Shown here: positions 23,594 to 32,994 of the stretch, piece after piece
How positions within the stretch are numbered: position 1 is the first letter of the stretch
Layout of the letters: each line of letters opens with the position of its first letter
Notes under the pieces: generated by a model
Databases searched by the model: none
Told to the model about the DNA's origin: nothing
What the model saw: the letters and a program-made list of their open reading frames with translations, nothing else
Program-made: the position numbers and the translations under genes
Origin: a virus
Length of the DNA stretch: 42,307 bases
Virus record (IMG/VR): IMGVR_UViG_3300037474_000239
Reading direction: 5' to 3' (one strand)

Positions 23594-23917
23594 TCAATCG
23601 AACCGGATAGAGAACCCAACGCCCAAGCAGAGAATGCCGGCAACCAGGCCGATGGTGGTGGCGCCGGCGTAGAGCCCAGCCTTGTGATGGAACCTCTGGT
23701 CTGACGTGTTTCCGTTGGCCAGCTGAGCGTGATATTTGTGATGCATGATGCTGGCTTGCCGGGCCGCCAGACCGGCGCCGATGAGGGACATCACGCCGAT
23801 GGCGATCAGACTCCCGCCAGTCTCCTGCTGGGGGTTCTCGAAGTAAGGCTTATACTCGGCGTGCGCCGAAGCGAAGGGAATCAGGGCGGCAAGGGTGATC
23901 ACGAGCATCTTCTTCAT
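23594..23917 (-). CDS. Secreted/membrane protein (107 aa): signal peptide plus 2 Gly-rich TM segments. Last gene of the lysis region.
   Basis: MKKMLVITLAALIPFASAHA|EY. GGAGG lies 5 nt upstream of ATG 23917. Confidence 0.55.
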   Translation of the reverse strand: MKKMLVITLAALIPFASAHAEYKPYFENPQQETGGSLIAIGVMSLIGAGLAARQASIMHHKYHAQLANGNTSDQRFHHKAGLYAGATTIGLVAGILCLGVGFSIRFD

Positions 23918-23988
23918 CGCGGCCTCCATGGTGCCGTATTTGACGATCTTTCAGAATGCCATGCAACGGATCGGCCGTCAATGGGCCT

Positions 23989-24612
23989 TCAGAACGGGTA
24001 GTTGGACCCCACCCACAGCGTCCGCAGTTCGCACACCTCTGGGCGCGCCTCCGCCCACTCCTGCAGGTCCCACGGCGCCGTGTTGAACGGCTCCTGGTCC
24101 GACACCTTCAGCCCCGCCGCGGCGAAGGCCTCAACCACGTTCTCCGAGCAGAAGTCCTTTTTGGACGGCCGGACGGCCTTCACCAGGAACCGGAGGTAGT
24201 CGGTGACGGCGTAGTCGGGCAGCATGAACCCGACCTTCGGCGACGACGTGTCACGGTAGGCGGCGCCAACCACATCCCGACGCGCCATCGCCGACAGGGC
24301 CTTGTAGATGACGACGTCGACCCGTCGCGTGGACCGGAGCTGACGCTCCACGAGCTCGATCGTCTTGAACTTGCCGACGTTCAGGAAGCGGCCCTCCTCC
24401 AGGTAGAGGGCTGCGTGGAAGGCCGGCGGCCAGTAGCGGTGACCGAAGAGGCGCATGCCGGCGCGCTCGGTCACCTTGTTGCCGTTGTAGAAGAGCAGGG
24501 CGGACGCCGGCGGGATATCGGCCAAGGAGATCCACGGGTAGGCGGCCTGGCGTTTCCCCTCCACGTTCTTCGGGTCCTTGGTGAGCAGAGCCGCGCGCTG
24601 GAAGAAGTTCAT
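23989..24612 (-). CDS. Permuted papain-like (YiiX/C92, NlpC/P60-like) cysteine peptidase; putative second endolysin (207 aa).
   Basis: ALLFYNGNKV...FHAALYLEEGRFLNVG...DFCSENVVEAF. ATGA coupling to the amidase gene. Confidence 0.5.
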   Translation of the reverse strand: MNFFQRAALLTKDPKNVEGKRQAAYPWISLADIPPASALLFYNGNKVTERAGMRLFGHRYWPPAFHAALYLEEGRFLNVGKFKTIELVERQLRSTRRVDVVIYKALSAMARRDVVGAAYRDTSSPKVGFMLPDYAVTDYLRFLVKAVRPSKKDFCSENVVEAFAAAGLKVSDQEPFNTAPWDLQEWAEARPEVCELRTLWVGSNYPF

Positions 24613-25217
24613 CGTCTGCCTCCTTGGGCTACTGAGCGCCCGATGGTGCTCCACCAGGTCACCCGGTTCATGAAGTGCTCCATGGGGAAGAAGGGCCCCG
24701 GGTCCCAGTGGTCACTCATCTTGAAAGCCCGGGACACCGCGGCGTGGGTGGTGATCCCCCGCCGGCAGGCCTTCAGGCCGTCCTCATCCACCTGGGCCAC
24801 CGGGATCCCCCAGCGGCCGCAGATCCCAGCCGCGAGCCAGGCCGCCAGTTCCAACGCCTTGACCGAGAAGTCGTCGGCCCACTCCTCCGTCGTCTGCCTG
24901 GCCCGGCCGCAGATCTCGATCCCGATGGCGCGGCTGTTGGCGCCCGGGGCGTGCCAGGCGCGGTCGGTTTCGAGCACGCTCTGGGTGACGGAGTCGGCGT
25001 CCACGGCGTAGTGCCAGCTCGCCCTCCTGGCGTCCGGGGCCGCGCACCGCCGCATCAGGGCCTCCGCCCCATCCATTTCCTCCCCAACCTCGGCCGAGTG
25101 GATCACGACGAGGTCTATCGGCCGGGGCGCCGCGGGCCGGGTGAACCAGGTCGCCTGGAGGAACGGTATCCGCGCCGGCGGGGTGGCGGCGGGGAGGTCC
25201 TCCGCGGGATCAGGCAT
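24609..25217 (-). CDS. N-acetylmuramoyl-L-alanine amidase, Amidase_2/PGRP (T7-lysozyme-like) endolysin (202 aa; alternative start at 25274).
   Basis: DLVVIHSAE...ASWHYAVD...RAWHAPGANSRAIGIEICG...GITTHAAVS...DPGP. Confidence 0.8.
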   Translation of the reverse strand: MPDPAEDLPAATPPARIPFLQATWFTRPAAPRPIDLVVIHSAEVGEEMDGAEALMRRCAAPDARRASWHYAVDADSVTQSVLETDRAWHAPGANSRAIGIEICGRARQTTEEWADDFSVKALELAAWLAAGICGRWGIPVAQVDEDGLKACRRGITTHAAVSRAFKMSDHWDPGPFFPMEHFMNRVTWWSTIGRSVAQGGRR

Positions 25218-25485
25218 TCGGGCCGCCCGGAGTTCCGGCCTGGTCGTCTTCGTCCAGCCCTTCCCGAAGACCAACCAGGAAGACGCCCGAGGAGTTCTCC
25301 AGGAAGTCCTCGATCTTCTCCCAGAAGGCCCGGCCCAGCTTGTGGACGCCGATCGAGCTCGCGGCGCGACCGATGGCGAGTCCGGCGGCGCGCAGCTTGT
25401 CGTTGGGCAACAGGCGCGCGACCACGAACAGAAGGAAGGTGGCGCCGGCGCCGCTGAGGACGATGTTGGAGATGACGTCTTTCAT
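25210..25485 (-). CDS. Putative holin (91 aa).
   Basis: TM segment ISNIVLSGAGATFLLFVVARLL with a charged C-terminus. ATGA coupling upstream and an 8-nt overlap with the amidase gene. Confidence 0.5.
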   Translation of the reverse strand: MKDVISNIVLSGAGATFLLFVVARLLPNDKLRAAGLAIGRAASSIGVHKLGRAFWEKIEDFLENSSGVFLVGLREGLDEDDQAGTPGGPNA

Positions 25486-25817
25486 TGCGATCCCCTCCTG
25501 TGAAACAGGTTCAACAAGAATTCGGTCACGGCGATGGCTGCAGTGGTCAGGCCAACCACGGCGCTCGCCCACCGCCGGTGGGAATCCTCGTGGTCTCTTT
25601 GCTTCTGGCCAATGGCGCCGACGTCCTTTTTGAGGCCGACGATCTCAATTGAGTGCTCGCCGTGGGTCTGGTGATCCCGCTCGAGGTTCCTTTCGATGGT
25701 CTCAGTCAGCCTGTCGACGCTCTTGGTGAGGTCCTGGACGGACTGATGGGTGGCGGCCTGACCTTTCTGGAGTTCGCTGATCGCCTTCCACATACTTTCG
25801 CGGTCGTCTGCCATCAT
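25482..25817 (-). CDS. XhlA-like tail-anchored coiled-coil membrane protein (111 aa).
   Basis: N-terminal coiled coil (WKAISELQKGQAATHQSVQDLTKSVDRLTETIERNLE) plus a C-terminal TM (WASAVVGLTTAAIAVTEFLLNLF). Precedes the holin and amidase. Confidence 0.45.
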   Translation of the reverse strand: MMADDRESMWKAISELQKGQAATHQSVQDLTKSVDRLTETIERNLERDHQTHGEHSIEIVGLKKDVGAIGQKQRDHEDSHRRWASAVVGLTTAAIAVTEFLLNLFHRRGSQ

Positions 25818-25837
25818 CGCCTCCCTCGAGATTCAAA

Positions 25838-26170
25838 TCAGACCCGCGGGGCTCCCGCACCCGGCGAGGACGTCGGGGGTGGTGCCTTTTCCTTGGCTCC
25901 GGCCATCTCCGGCAATGTCTTAAGCCATCCATAGGCAGACGCCTCGATGTTCGAAGGCACCTGTTGGAGCATCGCCGCCAGGTCGTAGAAGACGAAGGAG
26001 AACGTATCGAGTGGCGCCCGGCCAGCCGCAAAGGACTGATCGGAGGCGAAAATTCGTCCGTAGACCTGCGCCTTGTTTTCCTGGAAATTCACGTTGACCA
26101 GGTCTATGACGTGGAAGGCCGGGACAATCCTGCCGTCGTATTTGCTCTCGATGTTCTTTTCCAGACCCAT
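25838..26170 (-). CDS. Hypothetical protein downstream of the tail fibre (110 aa); possible fibre chaperone.
   Basis: AGGGGG RBS. Position only. Confidence 0.4.
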   Translation of the reverse strand: MGLEKNIESKYDGRIVPAFHVIDLVNVNFQENKAQVYGRIFASDQSFAAGRAPLDTFSFVFYDLAAMLQQVPSNIEASAYGWLKTLPEMAGAKEKAPPPTSSPGAGAPRV

Positions 26171-26179
26171 TCGTGCCCC

Positions 26180-27052
26180 CTATATCCCGGCGTAGATGAT
26201 GAAGACAATCCCAAGGCTCTGTGGCTCAGTTGTATGTCCAGTCCTTGGCGTTCCGTTGGTTCCGTCGGTGATTGGATCGCCAATACCTCCTGTAAAATTC
26301 GTTTGGTTGGTTGCATCAATCGTAGAATACCGTCCGTCAGAAAATGAGACTGATGGGCTCCAATTGACACTATTATTGTGATAGGCGGAATGCCTATGTC
26401 CCTGCATCTTGTCCTGGCTATAGGTTCCCAGCGTTGCCGCGTAAGCATTCCCGCTCGCGTCCACGCCTGCGGCCCTGTTCGTTGTCCCCTGGCCTTTGGG
26501 AAAGACGCCACGGAAGTCCGGGAGATTGAAAGTCGTTGAGCCGTTTCCCGTTCCAAACGTCGTACCAATGACAGCAAACAGTCTGGAATACGTCGTACGG
26601 GACACCGCTGAACCGTCGCAATTCAGCCAGCCAGAAGGGGCGGTCGTGTTCACATACATCACGACGGTTCCAACCGGATTTCCGGCGTAGAGGAGTCCGT
26701 TTATGGTGATCGTGTCTACATAAAGATTTGCCCATTCCCTTCCAGATGCCCCGAGATCAAAGATTGAGTCGCTCTCCGGCAGGACGTCGTGGAGGCGTCC
26801 TGATCCGTCGTTGTCGTGCCGGTGAGTCTCCATGAGATGGAATATCTTCTCGAGGTTACCGGCGGACGCCGGATCCTCGTTCTGAAACGGCGGCATCGCA
26901 GCCCGCGCGCCGGCGGCCGCCATGAACATCAGGATAGCGGCTGCCAGCCAGAGGATGGCCGGCGCCGGGGGAGGTGGGGGAACCCCCGGCGCCGGTTGGT
27001 CCAGGGGAAGCCCAGCGCGCCGGGCCTCCGTCCCCTGGGAAGCGCTCATCAT
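26180..27052 (-). CDS. Tail fibre with a phage tail-collar domain and an N-terminal Pro-rich segment plus hydrophobic anchor (290 aa).
   Basis: GTVVMYVNTTAPSGWLNCDGSAVSRTTYSRLFAVIGTTFGTGNGSTTFNLPDFRGVFPKG..TLGTYSQDKMQGHRH is the collar-domain signature. Marked GC drop: 26281-26340 has 26 G+C in 60 nt. Confidence 0.8.
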   Translation of the reverse strand: MMSASQGTEARRAGLPLDQPAPGVPPPPPAPAILWLAAAILMFMAAAGARAAMPPFQNEDPASAGNLEKIFHLMETHRHDNDGSGRLHDVLPESDSIFDLGASGREWANLYVDTITINGLLYAGNPVGTVVMYVNTTAPSGWLNCDGSAVSRTTYSRLFAVIGTTFGTGNGSTTFNLPDFRGVFPKGQGTTNRAAGVDASGNAYAATLGTYSQDKMQGHRHSAYHNNSVNWSPSVSFSDGRYSTIDATNQTNFTGGIGDPITDGTNGTPRTGHTTEPQSLGIVFIIYAGI

Positions 27053-30000
27053 CGGAGGATCACCGCTCTAGAACCCGGCCGGCGAGGCGGTGCCGATCTG
27101 GACCCTTGCCGGGCGGGACCGCCCGAGCCCACAACGTTCTTGGCGATGTCGGCCAGCTGGCTCGGGATCGGAATGCCGGCGATCGTGGCCAAGCTCTGGG
27201 CGAGATCGATCTTGCCCCGGTCCCGCGCCGCCGGGGTATCCCCCTTCGCAACCTGTGCGCCGCCCTTGATGGCTCGCGCGACGAGGTCGACAGACGGTGC
27301 GAACTCCCTCCCATAGAAAGCGGACATGATGTTCGACACGAAGGGCACGTTCGAAAGAAGGTTCTTTCCGACCTCATTCCAGTAGTCCCTGTTGTCGTCA
27401 TGGCCGCCGCTGAGGGCGTCCTTGACGACGCCGCGGATGCCGGTGGCGGCCATGACAGCCATGAGCGACCACAGGGCCGTGTTGACACCCTGAGCGATGT
27501 TCCCCTTCCCGATCCCAGTCCGAATGCCTTCGTGCGTGAGCAGGCTCCAATCGTTGAGGACGAAACTCTGGAACTGGAGGATGGCGCGGTCCAGGGAACG
27601 GTTCCCGGTGAGTCGGCCGCGCGTGAGCGCTTGCGGCGCGTCCTTGAAGGAGCTCGAGGACTGAGTCCGCCGCACCACCCGTTGCGCGTACTCAATGGCC
27701 TGCTGGTTCGGGTTCTCAAGGTCCATGGGGATTCCGCGGTCCGCCAGGAACTTCCGGTAGGCGCCGGCGGCCACGCTCCTGGCGGCGAGGATGTCCAGCT
27801 TCTGCAGCGGCATCAGCATGAGCTGGCCGGCCTTGTCTTTGATGCCCTGGCCGTTGAAGTCCAGGAAGGCGATGTCGTCGCCGGCGCGCTCACGCAGCTC
27901 CGGGAAGTTATCGATAATGAACTGCCGCCACGGCCGGCTCACCGCGATGTCGGTCATTCCCTGGAACACCCGTGGCCCGATGAGGGCTCCTCCCTGCAGG
28001 ATCGTTGTCGGCTGCACCAGCGCCGAACTCACGCGCAGCCCCAGGGCGGCGAGGCCGGCATTCCGCCGCAGGGCGTCCAGGACACGGATCTGCTGATCGC
28101 CGAAGCCTCCACCCTTCCTGGCAATGGTGTCGATCCACTCCCGCGCCATCCGCTGGCCGACGTTGCCAACGGCCTGACCGTATTCGGCGGAGCCGGCCAG
28201 TTCACCCAGATACTTGGCGGTGGGTCCGACGTTGATGAGGTAGGAGGCGTCGTCCACGTGCTTGAGGTAGACGTCGAGAGCGTTCAGGTTCACCTTCTGC
28301 TTGCCGGCGCCTTTTCGTTCCTTGGTGAACCCCTGCTCGGCGCTCTTCCGCAGGCCCGTCATTTCCGTCAGCATCCGGTCCCGGAGGTCCTGCTCCGACA
28401 TCTGGTCCCAGTCTGTCACGAAGGGGAAATAGTGCTGCACCTGACCGAGCTCGGCGTTATAGACCTTCCGCATGGTCTCCGCGATCCTGGGCCGGAGGCG
28501 GTCCAGGTTCTGGCGCATGTAGTTGTAGAACCCGGCCTCGGCCGGCGTGAGCTTGATGGCGCCGATGTCCTCGTCCGAGAGTCCGAGGTTATAGAGCTTC
28601 TGGCGGCCACCTTCCTGGTTGTCGATAGCGAAGACGCCGATCCGCTCCATGCTCTTCTCGTTGAGGCCGAGCTTCTGCGACCGGGCCCGCGCCTCCTCCC
28701 GCAGATTCATGGCTTCGTCGGCGTAGGTGCCAAAGGCGTTGTCGACCCTGGCCTTGAAGATGCGGTAGTTGGGCCCGGCGTAGTTTGCGCTGCCGTCCAT
28801 GACGTCGAAGACGACGTCCATGGGCGTGATGGCGTAGTGGGCGTTCTGGGCGGCGTTGTAGGCCCAGCGGAGGCCATTGCGGATGCGGTCCGAGATGGCC
28901 AGCTCCTGGCCCGGAAGCGCCCGGATCTGCTCCCTGGATTCGATGGGCGTGCTGCCGGCCATGATGTCGCCGATGTCGGACTCTTTCTGGGCGGAGTCGA
29001 TGGCCTGCATGGCCTCGAGCTTGGTCTTTCCCAGGTCAGCCAGGCGTTTGATCTGATCGAGGACGTCCTCGATCCTGGCCACCGGCATGTCGGCCAGCGG
29101 CCGGGCGGTGAGCGCCCTGATCTTGTCGACTACGTACTGGGGAACCTCTACCTGCTGGCCGGCTGCGCGGGCGTTGTTGATGGCGCGCTGGGTCTCTGCC
29201 AGGCGCGCCATGGTCTCGGCCCTGGGTTTGGCGAGGAGGACGTCCTGCATGAGCCCCTTCACCCGGCCCACGTAATCGACGGCGATGGACTTGGACGCGA
29301 TCACGCGCTCGAAGTTGCGCTTGATGCGGCCGATCAGTGTGCGCTTCTGCACCTGTTCAACGGCCTGGTCCACCCTCACCAGGGCCTTCGCAAGATCCTT
29401 TGGTGTGCGAGCGCTGGCGATGGCCTGGGCGAACTTGCCCCTAGCCTCTGGCGGCAGCACCTCTTTGACCTTGTCGGCCAGGCTCTTCTTGATGCGGTCC
29501 CGCTCAGCGCCCAGCCACCGCTCAGACATCTTGGCGTCGGCCTGGCCGGCCGTATATGCGGCCGCGGCGGCGCGAGCCTCCCGCTGGAGCGAGATCCGGA
29601 GAGCCTGGGCCTCGGTGTAGGTCCGTGGCATCCCCGCCCGGGACGGGAGGCGAGCCTTTTCCGTGTCCTGCTGGGCCAGATGCTCCGCCCTCTTCGCCTC
29701 AGCCATTGACCTGGCCGCCACCTCTTCCTGCCGGGCTACGCCCACCACGGGGTTGAACATCTCCGATAGCGGCGGCTCCGGGGCCTGGGTTCCGCCAGCG
29801 GCAGTCTCACCATTTCCCGGTGCCCGTCTCTCTATAGGCGCCCCCGTGTCAGGCCGGAACGATTTCGCCAGGAACGACTTCACCTCCAGCTCCTCCGAGG
29901 CCTTGGTCCAGTCCTCGTAGCTGGGGATCTCCGGCACTGGGATCCCGCGGGCCTGCAGTGTCTTGGCCGACACGGTGTCGCCGCTGGGAAGGTTGAAGAG

Positions 30001-31956
30001 AGGGATGGGAGGGATGACGCCGTCGCTGGAACCGGGGTTGTAGCCGATGAACTGCGGAGCAGCCGGTGCCGCGGGGCGGCTGGCGGAGGCCGGCGGCGCC
30101 GCCTTTTCGGCCTCGATGCCACCCAAGGACCGCCGGCCCTCGACGTATTTGTCCAGAAGGCTGGTGATGTAGGGGTCCGTGACGGCCGGCATCTTGAGGC
30201 TCTGGTTGACGATGGCCTGGCCGGCGCCCATCAGAAGCGGAAGGTCGTTGCCGAGCCGGGTCATATCGAGATTGCCGTAGGTCTTCTTGAAGGCCTCGAT
30301 GGCGGCGGCGCGCGCCTCCGCGGTCCGGGCTGTTCGGATGGCGTTCATGGCGGTGTGGATCTCCGCGCCCAGGCGCACGGCGGTCTGGGGGGTCATGTCG
30401 GCCCCGATCCGTTTGGCGTAGTCCCGGACCACCGCGTCTGCGTCGGAAAAGAACTTGACGAAGTTGGGATGGGCCCTTATACTTTCCGTGTATGGAACCG
30501 ACGGCTCAAGCATCGGCTTCTGGCCCTGGAAAGTTGGGTGAACAGGCATCTCGCCTGCAGGAGTATCTGTTCTACCCTCCGGCGACACCGGAATCTCTGG
30601 CCGGGAAAGAGCTGTGGGATTCTCCCTGGTTTGAGCGCTGGTCCCGGCTTCGGGAGCAGCTGACGGCGGAAGGCCTGGTTGACCAGCAGGGCCTTGTGCC
30701 GGCGCCGGTGCTCCAGAAGTATTCGCCTCTGTTCCAGCGGCCGGCGTAGCCTCGGCCGCACCCCCACCCTCTCCAGCCACACGATCCGACGCCTCCGCCC
30801 CGGCAAGCGCCGGCAGGCTCTCATGGATCGCCCCTGCCCCGAGGCCCACGATGCCGCCGATTCCGGCCGCATCCAGCGCCTTGCGCCAGTCCACTGGCCT
30901 ACCAGCCGTGAAGTCCTCGATCACCGATTGGCCGGCCTCCTGCAGGCCCTCCATGGAAGCCGACCGGATCTCTCCCATGACGTGACCCACCTGCTTGGCA
31001 TCAAAAATGCCGCTGAGCTTGTTGGTCACGGTCAGAAGCAGCAGGTTCCCCCAGAAACTCGCATCGGCCCGCTGGGCCGCCTCTTCCCGCGGCACCCCGG
31101 CCGCCAGCTGGTCCATGAACTGCCCGCCAGACTCCGAGGCCGCCTCCAGGAGAGTGGACGCACCGGCGCCCACGGCCGGCGCCAGGCGGAGGGCCAGGGG
31201 GCCCAGGGTCGCCGCGGCTCCGGCGCCGCGGGCGATGCCCATGCCGGGGATCAGGAAGACGGCGGAAGAAGTAGCGCCCTGAACCACCTTGTCCACGAAG
31301 TTCTGTTCGTCCGGAGCCAGGTCCTGGGACAGCTGCCCCAGCTTCTTGGCGAAGGCCTCCACCGGCCTCGCCAGTCGCCCGCCCACACCCGCGCGCTCGG
31401 CCAGGAGCGGAACGGCGCCGGCCATCCCCGCGGCGGTCCCCAGCAGGCCGGCGCCGACGTCCCCAGCTACCCGCTGGGCCCTGGGGTCATTCAGGATCGC
31501 ACGCGGGGCGAAGGGCTCAGCCGCGCCGCGGACCACGTCTTGGGTGGATGCGGGCGCCCGGGGAAGGGGCGGCAAGGCGCGGCGTGTCAGGTCAGCGGCC
31601 GCGGCGGCGGCGCGTTCAAAGAACCCAGGGCCCCCGGCCGAGTCAGGGGCCCCAGGAATGGGTGCGAGGCTGCCGGAACCGGCCTGCGGCGGGGCTGGTG
31701 GTGTGGGCGGAGGGGTTGGGGCACCCACGGCGGCGCGGCGGGCCGCTAAGCGGTCGAAGACGTCGCCGCCGGATGCAGCGGGCGGCGTGGGGCCAGCGGG
31801 CTGTTGGCGGGCGGCCGAGACCCTGTCGAAGATGTCCCCTTCCGGCGCGCCTGGCGCCGGGGCCGATGGTGCGCCGCCGGGCCCGGAGGCCGGCGGCGCG
31901 GCGGCCGGCCGCTGCCGGCGGCGCTTCTCCTCGATGAGGTCGAAGACGTCCGGCAT
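27049..31956 (-). CDS. Giant virion-associated protein (1635 aa), T7 gp16-like by position (internal/ejection protein). P/A-rich N-terminus and Gly/Ala-rich hydrophobic helices.
   Basis: Uninterrupted high-GC3 ORF. Sits between core-like genes and the fibre. No catalytic motif recognised by eye. Confidence 0.5.
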   Translation of the reverse strand: MPDVFDLIEEKRRRQRPAAAPPASGPGGAPSAPAPGAPEGDIFDRVSAARQQPAGPTPPAASGGDVFDRLAARRAAVGAPTPPPTPPAPPQAGSGSLAPIPGAPDSAGGPGFFERAAAAAADLTRRALPPLPRAPASTQDVVRGAAEPFAPRAILNDPRAQRVAGDVGAGLLGTAAGMAGAVPLLAERAGVGGRLARPVEAFAKKLGQLSQDLAPDEQNFVDKVVQGATSSAVFLIPGMGIARGAGAAATLGPLALRLAPAVGAGASTLLEAASESGGQFMDQLAAGVPREEAAQRADASFWGNLLLLTVTNKLSGIFDAKQVGHVMGEIRSASMEGLQEAGQSVIEDFTAGRPVDWRKALDAAGIGGIVGLGAGAIHESLPALAGAEASDRVAGEGGGAAEATPAAGTEANTSGAPAPAQGPAGQPGLPPSAAPEAGTSAQTRENPTALSRPEIPVSPEGRTDTPAGEMPVHPTFQGQKPMLEPSVPYTESIRAHPNFVKFFSDADAVVRDYAKRIGADMTPQTAVRLGAEIHTAMNAIRTARTAEARAAAIEAFKKTYGNLDMTRLGNDLPLLMGAGQAIVNQSLKMPAVTDPYITSLLDKYVEGRRSLGGIEAEKAAPPASASRPAAPAAPQFIGYNPGSSDGVIPPIPLFNLPSGDTVSAKTLQARGIPVPEIPSYEDWTKASEELEVKSFLAKSFRPDTGAPIERRAPGNGETAAGGTQAPEPPLSEMFNPVVGVARQEEVAARSMAEAKRAEHLAQQDTEKARLPSRAGMPRTYTEAQALRISLQREARAAAAAYTAGQADAKMSERWLGAERDRIKKSLADKVKEVLPPEARGKFAQAIASARTPKDLAKALVRVDQAVEQVQKRTLIGRIKRNFERVIASKSIAVDYVGRVKGLMQDVLLAKPRAETMARLAETQRAINNARAAGQQVEVPQYVVDKIRALTARPLADMPVARIEDVLDQIKRLADLGKTKLEAMQAIDSAQKESDIGDIMAGSTPIESREQIRALPGQELAISDRIRNGLRWAYNAAQNAHYAITPMDVVFDVMDGSANYAGPNYRIFKARVDNAFGTYADEAMNLREEARARSQKLGLNEKSMERIGVFAIDNQEGGRQKLYNLGLSDEDIGAIKLTPAEAGFYNYMRQNLDRLRPRIAETMRKVYNAELGQVQHYFPFVTDWDQMSEQDLRDRMLTEMTGLRKSAEQGFTKERKGAGKQKVNLNALDVYLKHVDDASYLINVGPTAKYLGELAGSAEYGQAVGNVGQRMAREWIDTIARKGGGFGDQQIRVLDALRRNAGLAALGLRVSSALVQPTTILQGGALIGPRVFQGMTDIAVSRPWRQFIIDNFPELRERAGDDIAFLDFNGQGIKDKAGQLMLMPLQKLDILAARSVAAGAYRKFLADRGIPMDLENPNQQAIEYAQRVVRRTQSSSSFKDAPQALTRGRLTGNRSLDRAILQFQSFVLNDWSLLTHEGIRTGIGKGNIAQGVNTALWSLMAVMAATGIRGVVKDALSGGHDDNRDYWNEVGKNLLSNVPFVSNIMSAFYGREFAPSVDLVARAIKGGAQVAKGDTPAARDRGKIDLAQSLATIAGIPIPSQLADIAKNVVGSGGPARQGSRSAPPRRPGSRAVILR

Positions 31957-32894
31957 CAGAGCTTATACCCCATGGCCCGGGCCGCGGCCCTGGCGCGCTC
32001 CTTGTCACCACCGACAGCCTCCAGCAGCTGCAGGGCCTGCTCCTCGCTAAGTTGGGCACCGGCCGCCGGAGCCGGTCCAGTGGCCGCTGGAGCGGAAGGG
32101 GCCGAAACATCACCTCCGATCTTCAGGGTATCGGCTGTCACCCTCCCCGATTCCCCGCCAGGAATGGTCCTTTCCAACCAGCCGATGAACCCGGGCTTGT
32201 TGACCTGCTCCTGGACCGTCCGCCACGGCAGGCCGAAGTGCTGCGCCGCCAGGATCGCGGCGTCCTGAATCTCGGGAGTGATCGGAAGGGGATTGCCGGT
32301 CTTGCGGTCTATCGCCGAGGCGGCGTGGTAGAACTGGGCCAGGGCAAGGCGGTGGGCCTCGTCTTCGGGGGTTCTCGGAGGCTGCCGCGGCGCCGGCTCG
32401 CGGGAAAGGACAACGGTATGGTCTTCGCTTCCCTTCCAAGGCATGGTTCTGATGAGCTTCCCGTTGGGATCGAAGACGTAGAGTTGGGAAGCCTGGCTCT
32501 TGGTCACCGTTGGATCGTAGGTCAGGACCTCGTTGCCCGCCGGGATGTCGCTGATCGTCCGGTAGTCTCCGGTCTCCTTGTTGAGGAGGGTGTAGCCCTT
32601 GGCGAGGCGGATGGGGGCCTTCTCCGGGCGGACCTCTGTTGTCGGGAATGTCGTGATCGGAACGCCCTCGTCCGTCGTTCCTTCAACCTTGGGAGTGATA
32701 TCCGTCCGGGCCTCACGGCCAGTTCTCACGGCCGCAGGAACGATCCCGGTGCGCATGTAATCTTTGACGGCGCTGTTGTAGGTGGCTTCGTCCTGGAGGA
32801 GCTGGGGATTCTTCTGAACGATGTCGTTCCATTCCTGCCGGCGTTTTTCCTTCTTCCCGCCAAGGCTGTAGTCGATCAAGAGTTGGGGTGGCAT
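31956..32894 (-). CDS. Virion-module protein (312 aa), gp15-like by position.
   Basis: ORF track. TGATG coupling to the 1635-aa gene. Confidence 0.45.
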   Translation of the reverse strand: MPPQLLIDYSLGGKKEKRRQEWNDIVQKNPQLLQDEATYNSAVKDYMRTGIVPAAVRTGREARTDITPKVEGTTDEGVPITTFPTTEVRPEKAPIRLAKGYTLLNKETGDYRTISDIPAGNEVLTYDPTVTKSQASQLYVFDPNGKLIRTMPWKGSEDHTVVLSREPAPRQPPRTPEDEAHRLALAQFYHAASAIDRKTGNPLPITPEIQDAAILAAQHFGLPWRTVQEQVNKPGFIGWLERTIPGGESGRVTADTLKIGGDVSAPSAPAATGPAPAAGAQLSEEQALQLLEAVGGDKERARAAARAMGYKL

Positions 32895-32994
32895 TCCCGG
32901 CGCCCTCCTGCTAGGATTGACGTGTTACGCACTCGTCAGAAGACATGGCTACGAATATCCCTGTCGCCGCTGAACGAACACAGAGAGGCCAACG

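Noticed and set aside
26974-29709. Very long plus-strand ORF (911 aa) antisense to the 1635-aa gene. Similar long shadows occur at 5028..6557(+), 39358..41073(+), 18749..20008(+), 19697..20959(-), 37864..39135(-), 13056..13982(-) and 30679..31749(+).
   Set aside because: These translations are Arg/Gly/Pro/Ala-rich with no motifs. They overlap genes that carry clear signatures and proper GC3 bias. Stop-poor alternative frames are expected in DNA this GC-rich.
27049-31956. Reading the 1635-aa protein as a tape-measure protein of a long-tailed phage.
   Set aside because: No tail tube, sheath, chaperone-frameshift pair or baseplate genes are recognisable nearby. The gene order fits a podovirus internal/ejection protein better. 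The question stays open pending profile searches.
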